This document shows, in pieces, positions 21,928-33,349 of a stretch of DNA of 64,000 nt (its first letter is position 1; every line of letters starts with the position of its first letter). Source of the stretch: Diplonema japonicum (lineage: Eukaryota > Protista > Euglenozoa: Diplonemea); NCBI GenBank assembly GCA_964019335.1, contig OZ025654.1, positions 807,494-871,493 on the forward strand. Reading direction: 5' to 3'. Made by a program: the position numbers and the translations under genes. The notes under the pieces were generated by a model. The model worked only from the letters and a program-made list of their open reading frames with translations. It searched no databases and was not told the DNA's origin.

Positions 21928-22011
21928 CATTCTCTAAAAGGTCTCTACAGGCGCTATAGAGGGAATTTGTAGGAAAAAAAAATCACCCCCGTCCGTTGTA
22001 GCATGCTTTGG

Positions 22012-22054
<43 letters not shown>

Positions 22055-22555
22055 AAACCTTCTTGGAAACAACACCCTGAAAGAAGAAAAAGAATAGAGG
22101 GAAAAAGAAAAGAGTTTACTTTATACCTGATACGGACGAACAGGGCGAATCTTCGCCCTTTTTTTCGAATTAATTTACCCAATTTAGGGCTTCGCACGGT
22201 ACATAGTAAGCCCTATGGTTTTTTCGAGAAGAAAAAAAGAAGTGTGAGCGCGAACAAGCACCAAAAGTAGTTTTTTTTGTTTTAACAATATTATTGTCGA
22301 GACTAAAAACTAGTTGATGGTAGCATAATGAGCTATTTTATTAGGTAAAATTCCGCTCGTGCGCACAAACAAGTGGAGCGCCAAACTAGTTTTTTTTTTT
22401 TCCCCCGTTTCTTCTATACATTTCTCTAGACATCTGTCAATCTGGATTTAGCCCCACCCTCCCCCTCAAAAAAAATTACAAGCCTCAAAAAAAATGAAAG
22501 GAAATAGTGTGGGCGTTGGGTTGGGCATTTTTTTTTCCCCTCCCCCTCTTTTTAA

Positions 22556-22976
22556 CCATCTCTACCAACGGACTATTTTTGCTTTACTTTCAGGAGTGCA
22601 TTGATGGCGTTTTGGTTCAGCCCATTGCGGTGTTGTAAGTATGCACTTGGGGGGGGGGGGGGGGGGGGGGGGTGCGATGTCCTTTCCGGCTTTTATTCTC
22701 TTTTGGGCGACCCAGCGTTTGCACGTCAAATTTGACACTTCACCGGAACATCCAACGTCGATAGAAAGCACAGGCTTGGCGTCATGCCACGTTGTGGTGA
22801 GTAGGATGCCCTACGTGCCGTTCTTTAAAGTTAGGGCAGCGTTAGTTTATATTTTTCATATTTTCCGCGCAGGACCCCCGGCTGCGAGAAGTGGCCGGGC
22901 CGTATTGCATTGAAAACCCTTAGCGCAAAAGATTCTTTTTTTTCAAATCGTCTATATTTTGACACTCGTTGGTTGG
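22556..22976 (-). mobile_element. piggyBac-derived MITE (deletion derivative of the family at ~54900-56393)
   Basis: TTAA flanks both sides (22552-22555, 22977-22980). TIR-like CCATCT..ACCAACG / CGTTGGTTGG. Internal blocks are shared with 55330-55530 and 56245-56393. Confidence 0.75.
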
Positions 22977-23030
22977 TTAAGTTCTCTTCTAAGAGAATAG
23001 TGATGCACCCCCCCCCCCCCCCCCCCCCCC

Positions 23031-23128
23031 CAGGGCTATATTGGCATGGAAACGCGTTTCCAAGCTTTTTATTTTTTTTTTTGAAATAAGGAAACGGAAA
23101 CGTTTCCCCGTTTCTTGCCAACATAGGC
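23031..23128. repeat. Palindromic GGAAACG/CGTTTCC MITE family (CAGGGCTAT termini, hAT-like)
   Basis: Repeated GGAAACG(C)GTTTCC motifs. Copies at ~4538-4715, ~14917-15012, ~32207-32290, ~32464-32530, ~48130-48305, ~56485-56580 and ~61629-61675. Confidence 0.65.
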
Positions 23129-23197
23129 CGCCTCCCCCCATTTCGTTCCCCCTTTTTCCCTTTCGCGCTGCAAGCATTCGAAAGGAGTAGAAACTGC

Positions 23198-23267
<70 letters not shown>

Positions 23268-23368
23268 TTTGGCTGGACTTGTTTTCTTTTAGGGAGAAAA
23301 AAAAAAAGAGAAAAATTCGTTTTACTCCTTGCAGGTATTTTATTATAAAAGGCCACTGGGACATTAAT

Positions 23369-23416
<48 letters not shown>

Positions 23417-24127
23417 GCTTTTTTCGAGGGCACTTCAGAGGAAGACGGGGTATGCCAAAAAAAAAAAAGAGAAAAAAAGAAAAAGAAAGATTCCTCCTTC
23501 ATTTTTTCTTTTTTTTTCCCCCTTCCCTGGCAGACTGATTTTCAGTACACCGTTATTTCAGAGCCAGTTTTGGGGAGAAAGAAATTATATTGGGTGGTGG
23601 GGATAACATAGAAAACCGTCGGTCATCATTGGTAGCGCCCGAGACAAACCAAATTTTCTTTTTTTTTTTTTTCTTTCTGAAGCAGAAAATTAGTAACGAG
23701 CTGACAGTGTCCGAGAATGAATGAAGAAGACGCCGGTGTAGTGCGCTAAATAAACAAACAAACAAAGAAAATATATATCTCGATAATTTATATGCGATTT
23801 TCTCTTTTATGCGTGTTGTGTGCAGCTCCCTGCACCAAAAAAGATCTTTTTGTCGGGAATAGTCGCCCCCCCCCCCCCCCCCCCTTTCCCCACCGTTCGT
23901 CTCATACTTGAGCATGTTTAAAGCTGGAGAAGTAAATTTCAAAGTGTTGTGATATAAATCACTTACCTACCGCCAAAGAATGACTTACCCGAGTTAAATT
24001 ATGGCTCATTTAGCAGCGTGTAGGTCATTTTTTTCTAAATACTTTTCGTCTCTATTTGGGTCACTCACATCAGAACTTGGCCAGATTGCTATTAATCTGC
24101 GACAAGACATAGTTAGATTAAATAAAA

Positions 24128-24257
24128 AAAAGAGTCGGTTGATTGTTGTTTGTGCACAGCCGGGATTAACCTGTAGAAGGATAAGCCCAACAATGCCACC
24201 ACTACTCTTTTTAGCAATAACAATTCATTATCAATTTATTGTTTTTCTTGTTCATGC
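24128..24257 (-). repeat. Dispersed repeat C
   Basis: Reverse complement of 50262-50370 and of the interrupted copy 46897-48040 (AACAAGAAAAACAAT...CAACCGACTC then T-tract). Confidence 0.7.
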
Positions 24258-24576
24258 AAAAAATAAAAAATAAAAAAGAAAAGCAATTCGAACACCGGTT
24301 GCTTTTGTGTTCGCGAACCCGTTTTCTCCCTTCTTTTACATATGGTTTTTATTGTTACCCCCCCCCCCCATCTTCTTGCCAGTGTCCTGCCCCCGTGCGG
24401 GGATAGGACGGAATGAAAGCCGAAACCTTGTTTTAAAGTGCCTAGTTTCTTTTTATCCCCCCCCTTTTTTTTCCCCCTCCTTCCCCCTTTTCTCTTCTTT
24501 TGCCCTCACCCCTCACCCCTCCCTATCAACTTCTTTTTCTATTTTCTCTGCCGGATACATAAAAATTCTTTTTTAA

Positions 24577-25529
24577 CCCATAAAGGACCGGTGCTGAGTC
24601 TAATTTTTTTTAGTGCTCTGCATGCCCACTCTTTAAAGAGGGGCCCTATTGCGCGACTTTTTTTTATACTGAACGCTATGTTGCCTAAATCTTTTGCATC
24701 AAAACTGCAAGGGGAGAAAAAAAAATAGTGGCACAGGGGGAAAGAGGTAGAGCCGCTCACCGAATATCAGCACCAGGGTTTTTGGATTGTCTTTGACAAC
24801 TGTTTTCGCTTGTCCCATCGATGATACGGATTTACAACGCTGGTTTCCACTTCATGGGGACCATCAGGAAAACCCATTCAGTGTCCGCAGAGATGTGGCA
24901 AAGAAATCTTGTCAAACAACATCATCGCAAAAGGTGGCACCCACATCAAGCGTTCCCTGCCGGAGCCGAAGATACCTCTACTCCTCAGGTGTATTTTCAC
25001 CTACTAAGGGTGCACCTTCACGTGTTCAGCAAAAGATGCAAAAGGCACGGGTTTGCACCGGGTGCAACAAACTACACAAAAAACGCACCCAGACCACATA
25101 CCCGGTGCAGAGATTGAAACGTGGCGATGTGCCCTGTGCCCTGTTTCGAAATTTTACACACTTCCGACACCTTTTAAAACCACCTGAAAATCCTCTTGAA
25201 AATGAAAATACGTGAAAATTGGCCAAGTCGCATATCTGCGGCACCTCGGACCCTGTGTTCAAAGAACAGCCTTAAGCGCCAGCCACCCTGCACGCTGAAT
25301 AAGCACTGCTTGCCGAAACCATGGAACCTCCAGATAGCATGTGGCCCTTGCAAGAGTTGTTTCTTTCGAATGCTGCTCTACCACCAAAGTTTGGGTGCGT
25401 CCGGGGCTGAACTGGGGTAGTGAAAATAATATGGCTAGACACCCTATAACTCCACCCTTGCCATTTTATTTTTGTGAGAACGAAAAGTTCAAAATCGGTT
25501 TTTGACCAAAAACAGCGGTCCTTTATGGG
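24577..25529 (+). mobile_element. Internally deleted piggyBac element
   Basis: Perfect 14-bp TIRs CCCATAAAGGACCG with TTAA on both sides (24573-24576, 25530-25533). Remnant Cys-rich domain RVCTGC...RCRD*NVAMCPVPCFEILH across a frameshift. Confidence 0.9.
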
Positions 25530-25580
25530 TTAAAAAAAAGAAAAACCATTAAAAGGGGAAGAGGGGGGGAGAGGGAATAG

Positions 25581-28500
25581 ATGAATCGGCTAGTTATTGC
25601 CGCTGGTTTCTTATGTGCATTTGCCCAAGCAGGTTCGGGGGGACACTTCTCTGTAGGCCAACACGGAGCGCTCGACTACGCTGGGCACGGTGGGGACCAC
25701 CCGAGCAACGACCACAAGGAATGGCTCATCGACTGCCATGCGAAGGTGCACTTCTCATGGGAAAGGTTCGACCTTGAAAGCGACTACGACATTTTATTCA
25801 TCTCCCACAAGCACGGTGTGTACAGGCCGACTATGCGAACCCAACCCAGAAGCCTGTTGGGACCTGTGAGGCTCGTCTTCACCAGCGACTCTTCAACCCA
25901 GCAAACAGAAGGCTTCCGCGCTCTCTGGTCATGCGGCACCGAACCACAATTCGACGACTCTAGCAGCCTTGCGGAACTTCTTGAAGTCGGTGCAGGTGTC
26001 CTCGACTACCCAGGGACCGCTCGGTATAAGGAATGGCTCATCGACTGCCATGCAAAGGTGTACTTTACGTGGGAGAGGTTCGACCTTGAAAGCAATGCTG
26101 CCACCCTGCACATCCATGATGAGCACGTGTCGCATCGTGTCCTCCCACACGCCCCCAATAATAATATCAGCGGCCCTGTGAGGCTCGTGTTCACCAGCGA
26201 TCTCATAACTCCCGTCAGCGTCGGTTTCCGTGTGCAATGGTCGTGCGGGATGGAAGCTGGCAGCCAACCTGAAGGTGAATCCAGCATCGTGCACCTCGAA
26301 GGTGTTGAGGGCGCGCTCGACTTCCCCGGGCACGATGGGGCGCACCCGAACCGCAAAGAATGGCTCATCGACTGCCATGCGAAGGTGTACTTCTCATGGG
26401 AGAGGTACAACCTTGAAAGCAGCCACGACAGCCTGCGCATGTACCATGAGTATGGCTCGCACGAGGCTACAGCATGGCAAGCTGACATCCTGCAAGGCCC
26501 CGTGAGGCTCGTCTTCACCAGCGACCGCCCCGCTATGAAACAGGGATTCTACGTACGCTGGTCGTGCGGGGATGACACAGACCAGCTTCCTGTCGATGGT
26601 GCAGGCGACCGCGTCTCACTCCTTGAGGGCGACGAAGGTGTGCTTGACTATCCTGGGGGAGAGGTGAAGGAGTGGCTCATCGAGTGCCATGCGAAGGTGT
26701 ACTTTCTGTGGGAAAGGTTCGACCTTGAAGAGAACCGGGACACTGTGAGCATACACCACGGGCACGGAGAGTACCTAGTACCTCAGCGGGGTCAAGAAGA
26801 TAGCCTGCAAGGCCCTGTGAGGCTGATCTTCACAAGTGACCGCAACACCTTGGGCACTGGCTTCCGCCTACGCTGGTCGTGCGGAATAGGAATCGGCATC
26901 GATGGCAAGGCCAACGCCTACCTGCCCTCTGCACTAGCTACCGAAATACATGGCGCCGAAGGAACGCTCGACTACGGTGGGGGCCACAACCACAAGGAAT
27001 GGCTCATCGACTGCCATGCGAAGGTGCACTTCTCATGGGAGAGGTTCGACCTTGAAAGCGACTACGACATTTTATTCATCTCCCACAAGCACGGTGTGTA
27101 CAGGCCGACTATGCGAACCCAACCCAGAAGCTTGTTGGGACCTGTGAGGCTCGTCTTCACCAGCGACTCTTCAACGCAAAAGACAGGCTTCCGCGTACAG
27201 TGGTCGTGCGATGTCCCTGGGGCTCGTGACAGCAACACGACTGTTGCACCTACCGACCCCCGAAACGTTGCTGTCCTGGAAACGCGTGTAGGGGACATCA
27301 CCCTGCACGACCCAAACGAGGACTACAAGGAGTGGCACATCCAATGCGGTCAAGAGGTGCGTTTCACGTGGGGGCCCGTGTTCCATCCGAAGATAGGCTT
27401 CGGCTTCCTGCAAGTCTACTCCCGAGCCGGTAACGTAGAGGTCACTCCATGGGACGCTCCGCAGAGTTTCCCAGGTCCCGTGCAGCTCGTGTTCACCCGC
27501 GGCCCCTCCCCCTCATTTACTAACTTCACCGTCCAATGGGAGTGCGGAAGCAACCCCCACGACAATCCTGAAGGCAGCGAGATCCAACTCGAAGGCGATG
27601 AGGGCGCGCTCGACTACCCCGGACACGGCGACAAGGAATGGCTCATCGACTGCCATGCGAAGGTGCACTTCTCATGGGAGAGGTACGACCTTGAAAACAA
27701 CCACGACAGCCTGCGCATGTACCATGAGTACGGGGTGTGCACCGACCAGCCCAGCAGCCTGCTGGGACCCGTGAGGCTCGTCTTCACTAGCGATCGTGCG
27801 AAGGGAGGCTTCCATGTACGCTGGTCGTGCGGAATAGCGATTCCCAAGCTCGCAGCAACAGTGGAGCCCGTGTGGTGCACAGTGGATAAGGACTGCCGGG
27901 TGTTTGGTGACGATGCTGCGGTGTGTCGATCTAGCAAATGCATCTGCGGGCCGGGGTTTGAGAAGCCTGTGCAAGGCGCGCAGGCCGTGTCCACGTGCGT
28001 GCGTGCCGACACCACCTCGAGGGCGAGGTACCTCGAAGGGGCCACCACAACACGGGTCCAAGTTGTGTTCAAGAAGGGAACATGCCAATCGTTCCTTGCT
28101 GACGCACCACAGCGGCCGGTGCTCAAGCGTCTTCTGGGCGCAGCGCTGGGCACCAGTGTCGGAGGGCTGCGTGTGATATGCCAAACTGGGAGCGTACATC
28201 TTATCATGCAAAGTACTGTGCCCAACGTGAAATTAGCACAGCTCGCAACCCGTTTGGACTCCTTTGCTCATGATGTGGCAGCCAGCAGGGAACTACGAAG
28301 TGCACTGGGCGCCATCTCGGTGGCACGTATAGCGATGGGAACGGGGCTGCTGGAGTGCGCGAGCCACGGGGCATCAGGGTCCAAAAAGCTCGCCAATATT
28401 TGCCATGCAGTAGCTTGCACAGCAGGCTATGGTGTTACACAGGTCGGGCCAGTGCATAAGTGTGTAGATGTGGCAGGTGTGTCTCGGGGCATCGTGCTGG

Positions 28501-28592
28501 GTGCTGTTTCTGTAGTGGCCCTTGCCTCCGTCACGCTGCTGCGTAGGTTCTTCAAGCAACAGGGACAGGTGAGTCCTTTTGAAGACTTGTAG
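25581..28592 (+). CDS. Type I membrane protein: signal peptide, 7 CUB-like repeats, EGF-like Cys module, C-terminal TM helix (1003 aa)
   Basis: Seven KEW(L/H)I.C...GPV.L.FT...W(S/E)C repeats, then CTVDKDCRVFGDDAAVCRSSKCICGPGF, the TM segment GIVLGAVSVVALASVTLL and a basic stop-transfer. Confidence 0.88.
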   Translation: MNRLVIAAGFLCAFAQAGSGGHFSVGQHGALDYAGHGGDHPSNDHKEWLIDCHAKVHFSWERFDLESDYDILFISHKHGVYRPTMRTQPRSLLGPVRLVFTSDSSTQQTEGFRALWSCGTEPQFDDSSSLAELLEVGAGVLDYPGTARYKEWLIDCHAKVYFTWERFDLESNAATLHIHDEHVSHRVLPHAPNNNISGPVRLVFTSDLITPVSVGFRVQWSCGMEAGSQPEGESSIVHLEGVEGALDFPGHDGAHPNRKEWLIDCHAKVYFSWERYNLESSHDSLRMYHEYGSHEATAWQADILQGPVRLVFTSDRPAMKQGFYVRWSCGDDTDQLPVDGAGDRVSLLEGDEGVLDYPGGEVKEWLIECHAKVYFLWERFDLEENRDTVSIHHGHGEYLVPQRGQEDSLQGPVRLIFTSDRNTLGTGFRLRWSCGIGIGIDGKANAYLPSALATEIHGAEGTLDYGGGHNHKEWLIDCHAKVHFSWERFDLESDYDILFISHKHGVYRPTMRTQPRSLLGPVRLVFTSDSSTQKTGFRVQWSCDVPGARDSNTTVAPTDPRNVAVLETRVGDITLHDPNEDYKEWHIQCGQEVRFTWGPVFHPKIGFGFLQVYSRAGNVEVTPWDAPQSFPGPVQLVFTRGPSPSFTNFTVQWECGSNPHDNPEGSEIQLEGDEGALDYPGHGDKEWLIDCHAKVHFSWERYDLENNHDSLRMYHEYGVCTDQPSSLLGPVRLVFTSDRAKGGFHVRWSCGIAIPKLAATVEPVWCTVDKDCRVFGDDAAVCRSSKCICGPGFEKPVQGAQAVSTCVRADTTSRARYLEGATTTRVQVVFKKGTCQSFLADAPQRPVLKRLLGAALGTSVGGLRVICQTGSVHLIMQSTVPNVKLAQLATRLDSFAHDVAASRELRSALGAISVARIAMGTGLLECASHGASGSKKLANICHAVACTAGYGVTQVGPVHKCVDVAGVSRGIVLGAVSVVALASVTLLRRFFKQQGQVSPFEDL

Positions 28593-28880
28593 CAGAGAAT
28601 CGACAAGTTTTTTATTCATATGCTCCAGAAGGGGAGCATTAATAGATAGGAACTCACACCACAGGAGGCTGTCCTCCAGTGGGATTGTCTTTTACTATGA
28701 GAATTCAAGCTTCTTTCTTCTAGGCACTTTTGCCCTGACATTTCTTCCCCCCTCCTCCCCCTTGCAATATTCTTTTATCACATAATAGTGATCGTGAATA
28801 CGAATATCGCGACGCGTTACCGAATTTGGGAAATTTGACTCAAGTAGAGTCAAACTATATCCCTCGAAAAAGAAGGGGGG

Positions 28881-28912
<32 letters not shown>

Positions 28913-28944
28913 CGTAGAGGATGGTTTTAGCAAAATATATATAT

Positions 28945-31484
28945 GGGTCGATTTCAAAACCCCCCCCCCAAAAAAAAATGAGGCCAATTGACACTTTCGT
29001 TGCATCTTTGGGCATGCCGCCCCCTTTAAAAAAATTCTCCATATTTCCCGGCCCATATTAGGAAAGAACCCGGGTCAGAAATCGCTCAAGGGTGCTATTT
29101 TGACCTATGAAAAATTCAGTCTTAGGGTAAAAATCGGGTTTTAGTGGTTTTGGTAAAGTCAGAGATTTTGCTTTCAATAGCAAGAAATAGCGGAACTCAC
29201 TGCTAGAAGGTGGCTGAAATGATGTTGAAGGTGGAAACCTTCATTTCTTAGTCTTTTGCAGTTTAGATGTGCTGCTGCTGCTGGGTGGGCGACCTCGTTT
29301 CTGTTTCATATTAGGCCTTCTACCGCGTTTTGGGGGGGTTTTAAGAGGCTCATTCGCAGGTGTGCTTGGTGCTTCGGGCTTGTCATGCTCTTCTACGGGG
29401 GAAGTGTCGAGTTTCTTTTGTAACTTGCTAACAATTCTTTCCCGTTTTTCAAGTCCGGGAAGGCTTCAGGAACGTCTTCATCCTCATCACAAGATTCATA
29501 GGCTGGGGGCTCTCTGCCCTGTCTGCATCGAGTTCTTTGATGACGTACTTTAGTTCCTTCCATGTTGTAGCAAATACACCCTCCGGAGTACTCTTGAACC
29601 CATATGCGCCTGTAAAGTCCGGGAACTCAAGAATCTTCTTTTTGTACGGGCCAAAGACATCAGTAACTACAAATGCAGAGGTGTACCGTATCGTATTGGT
29701 GATGTTCGCTATTTGTTCGACAGTTTTAATTGTTGTGGAACGAGACACCCAAGCCAAACACGAGAAAGCATGGCCATCTGAAACGTCTCCATACTATCTG
29801 TGGCAGCACAGAAGTGTGGCTTAAAAAAAAAAAAAAAGAAAAGAGGTGGGAAAGAATAATGACGTTAGTTGCTTTATAAATCGCCTGGCACACAAGCAAC
29901 TTTCAGGGCTGACGGCGACCAAGCTGAAAGGACTGAGAGAAGATTACCGGAAGAAAGGATTGGAAGATATAAGTGTCAGCTAGGCACTACGTGGCTGTCC
30001 CTGCCGTTTTTGCCGTGTTTCTCCCCCAGAAACCACAGGGAAAACGTCTGATCAGCATAGACGTCACGAAGACCAAAAAGAACAAAATAGCAAAATTCCT
30101 TTGCACGAAAGTGACGCCCACTGTCAGTCCAGAGAATCCACTCCATTTTTTCGGGGATCGCAAACCCACTAGCCAGGACAGTTTTCAGGCACTCGATAAC
30201 GCATTTCACGTCAGTATTCAGACTTGAAAGCACACAATCAACATGCAGCGCCTACGGACACCATGCCCGTCAATCCAGTACACCCCGATTCCCAAAACAC
30301 TATACGATTGCGAATGGTAAAAATCGTAGCTTGTTGATACAGGACCCATTGGTAGGGACCCTTGGACTTGAAGTCGATGTCAAGAACTAATGCATCCGGT
30401 GGGGGAGAAGTCCTGTGTTCATTGTACAACCTTCTTTGGGCCATACACCTTTCAACATGTTGCTCCCAAGGCTTCACGTTTGCAACAAGTTCACGTACCT
30501 TTTTCTTTGGGTACTTCCATCGGATCGCATCAATGCAATTTAGGGTCTCTTGCATGTCCGAAACACTGAACTGCAGGTCCCATTTGACCCCACGTGTGTC
30601 ATCGTTTGCAATAGCGAAAGACGCATCCGTTGTGCTTTCGTACTCGCACATATCCGTGGGTTTGGCACAGTGCATAAATTCCTTCCCTCTCGGAATGTTG
30701 AATAGGAAATCTTATTCATAAGAGCGGATGACCGGAAAACATCTTGATATGACACCTCGAGTGACCTTACGGTAGTCATCCTGTGCGTTTGCGTGTGAGA
30801 CGCCGGAGGACCCGCGATGTTGGCTGGCTGACTGCTAGATGATCAGAATTGATCTCTGTGTCATCCTCCAAGGATGTCGCACTGGGCCGGCCTGGCTTGC
30901 ACACTGTACCCATGCTACTGTAGAACAAGTCTTTTCCAACAGTAAGGCCAGCTGCCCTTATTTCGTCGTGTGTGATGTGGTCAAGCCGCATGCCTCTGAC
31001 CAATTGGCGCCGTGTGGCGTCTTGTTGTCTATTAAACCAACCAGAAAATGATGGCAGAAGTGCCGCTAAAAGTTCCCCCTTACACACTACGTCACAAACT
31101 AGTGCAGCACAGTCGTTGCCACTGAGCTTCTCAAGAGCCTCTTTGGCGAGTGTCCTGATCGCCGATGTGTTCCCATTTACCCTTTCTCGGTCCGAATACC
31201 TTTTTTTTACCCCTAGTTTCTCAACTGCAAGTTTAAAAGCGTCCATTTTTGGAACCCCCCCCCTCTTTTTCTGAAGTTGTTTAAAGTGGGAAAACCTATT
31301 TTTGGAACCCCCTGAATTTATGCAAAGTGAAAAAACCCATTTTGCCCCTAGGACTGAATTTTTTGGCTACTAGTAACACTCACTTTCCAATTTTATGGGG
31401 TGTTTTTTTTCCTAACCTGGGGGAGAGAAATATTGAAAGTGTCAATTGGCCTCATTTTGGGGGGGGTTTTTTTGAAACGATGCC
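28945..31484 (-). mobile_element. Sola2-like DDD DNA transposon, degenerate
   Basis: ~55-bp TIRs (..TTTCAAAA(C)n(A)nTGAGGCCAATTGACACTTTC) are flanked by ATAT. Frameshifted ORF pieces contain LDIDFK, WTDSGRHFR and FLGEKHGKNGRDSH, resembling Sola-type catalytic motifs. Confidence 0.72.
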
Positions 31485-31835
31485 ATATATATGTTGGTGG
31501 AAAACGGGGGGGGGGATTGTTTCTGTTTTTGCGACAAATAAAAGGAATTATGGAACCTTTTTCGAATCTGGAAAGTTATTTTCGGAATAATAGGCATTCT
31601 ATTGGCTCCCCCCGTTTCATATAGTATCATGAAAAATGCCCCCCCCCCCCCCCTCCTTTTTTTAAAGATGATTTGTCTTATGTGTTTGAAAAATACTGGT
31701 CTCCTCGGCTTTCCCCTCGCAGTGTCGCTTACTGCACGCTTGTATTTTGAGCTAAAAAAGATTAAATGAGTCACACGTGCATAGGTTCCCCCCTTCCCCA
31801 TTCTCAGTAAGATTGGATTTAAACTCAGATGCATT

Positions 31836-31866
<31 letters not shown>

Positions 31867-33225
31867 CCACCCTGCCAGGGGTTGCCTCGTTTAAGTTGTT
31901 ACCCTCGCTTCGCTCGTGACACCGCATCACCGTGATGAACCTGGAGGCCCCCGTGAATCAGTCAATCTGAATTTCTGTTGATAAAGTAAATAGCTTTTTC
32001 TTTTCTTTTTCTCATTTTTTACTTACTTTACTTTTTCTACCCCTCTAGAAAACTTCTTTCCTTCTCTCCAACTCTAAGTCTCTCCAATTCCTCTTTCTAG
32101 TTGTCTCCTGGCCGCCCCAGCCTGTTGCCATGAAAGCGTGTGCTTCTTTATCAATAAGAAACGACCCCCCCCCCCCCCCCCCCCACCTCCCCGGGGGGGG
32201 GGGGGGGGGCTATGCTGGCAAGAAACGTGGAAACGTTTCCGTTTCTTTATTTTCAAAAAGATGCTTGGAAACGCGTTTCCTTGCCAGCGCTGGGGGGGGG
32301 GGGGGGTGAAAGAAATGCGTACGGCTCCTTGCTAGCTTGGGCTGGTTTGCTTGCTTGCCTAAGCTGGGGCGTTGTCTTGGGGTGCTGGCTTTGCTCCACT
32401 CTACTACTGGCGTTTCTAGAAGAAGGATATTTTGTAATCGTAGTCACTGTATGTGGGTGCCACCAGGGCTATGTTGGCAGAGAAGCGGGAAACGTTTCTG
32501 TTTTCATATTTTCAAAAAAGCTTGGAAACGTTGTCCCAAGGGTCGATCTTTTTAGGCTTCCACCTTGAGCAATGCTCACCCTTGCCCCGAGTTCCTTACA
32601 CTGCAGGCCTGACCTAAAAGCCTCATGCCAATAGGTCGCAAGAGAGGCCATTCGCAACGTAGGCCTAGGCTGCCGCAACATGAATGCCCGCAGCAAAATC
32701 TTAAAAAAGAAAAAGAAAAAAAAAAATGTGTACTGCTTGCGTACGACCGTACGCCGACAACGTAGCGCTAGCCTGGCCGTGGGGGGGGGGGGTAATTTTG
32801 GGGGAGATTGTATTATATTAGGGGGAAAAAAAGAAAACAAGGTAAAAAAGGACAGCAAAAAAAAAAAACATTATGTATCTTTTACCCCCCCCCCCCCCCG
32901 CCTTTAAATCATTTTCCCGAGGTTAGGATGGTAAGTTTGTTTTTGCAAATATTTCAGGTACCAAACCGTGGTCACTGTTTTTCAAAAATACAGATAAAGT
33001 ATTAACAAGTGCCCAGAAATGCTCTAATCCGGCGAATTTTGATTTTTTGGTAATTTGGAGGGTATTGGGCGGTTTTTTTTTACCTCAGGGGAAAGAATTT
33101 TTAAAAAACTTTTTTTTTCCACGTTTAACCACGTTTTTTAGGACCATGTGACCCCCCCCTCCCCTCCTTTTTTTTTGCATCAACAACTAACGGATTTGGG
33201 CTTTGCCGCTGGGGGAAGAAATAGA

Positions 33226-33349
33226 TATTTATTGCCAACAAATTATGAGTCATTATTTTAACTAGAGTACCCGAATCGCGGTAACGAGTGTTAAATAATG
33301 GCTCATTGGCGGCAAGTAAGTCGTTTTATTTCACTCTTCGTCATTTGAG
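33226..33349. mobile_element. Solo hairpin end of the tyrosine-recombinase element family 1
   Basis: Homologous to 34649-34800, with the same arms, a shorter loop and the 23-bp TTTTATTTCACTCTTCGTCATTT. Confidence 0.8.

Noticed and set aside
22831-23611. Poly-Phe/poly-Lys ORFs here and throughout the intergenic DNA
   Set aside because: They are translations of A/T homopolymer runs, whose lengths may also be sequencing artefacts.
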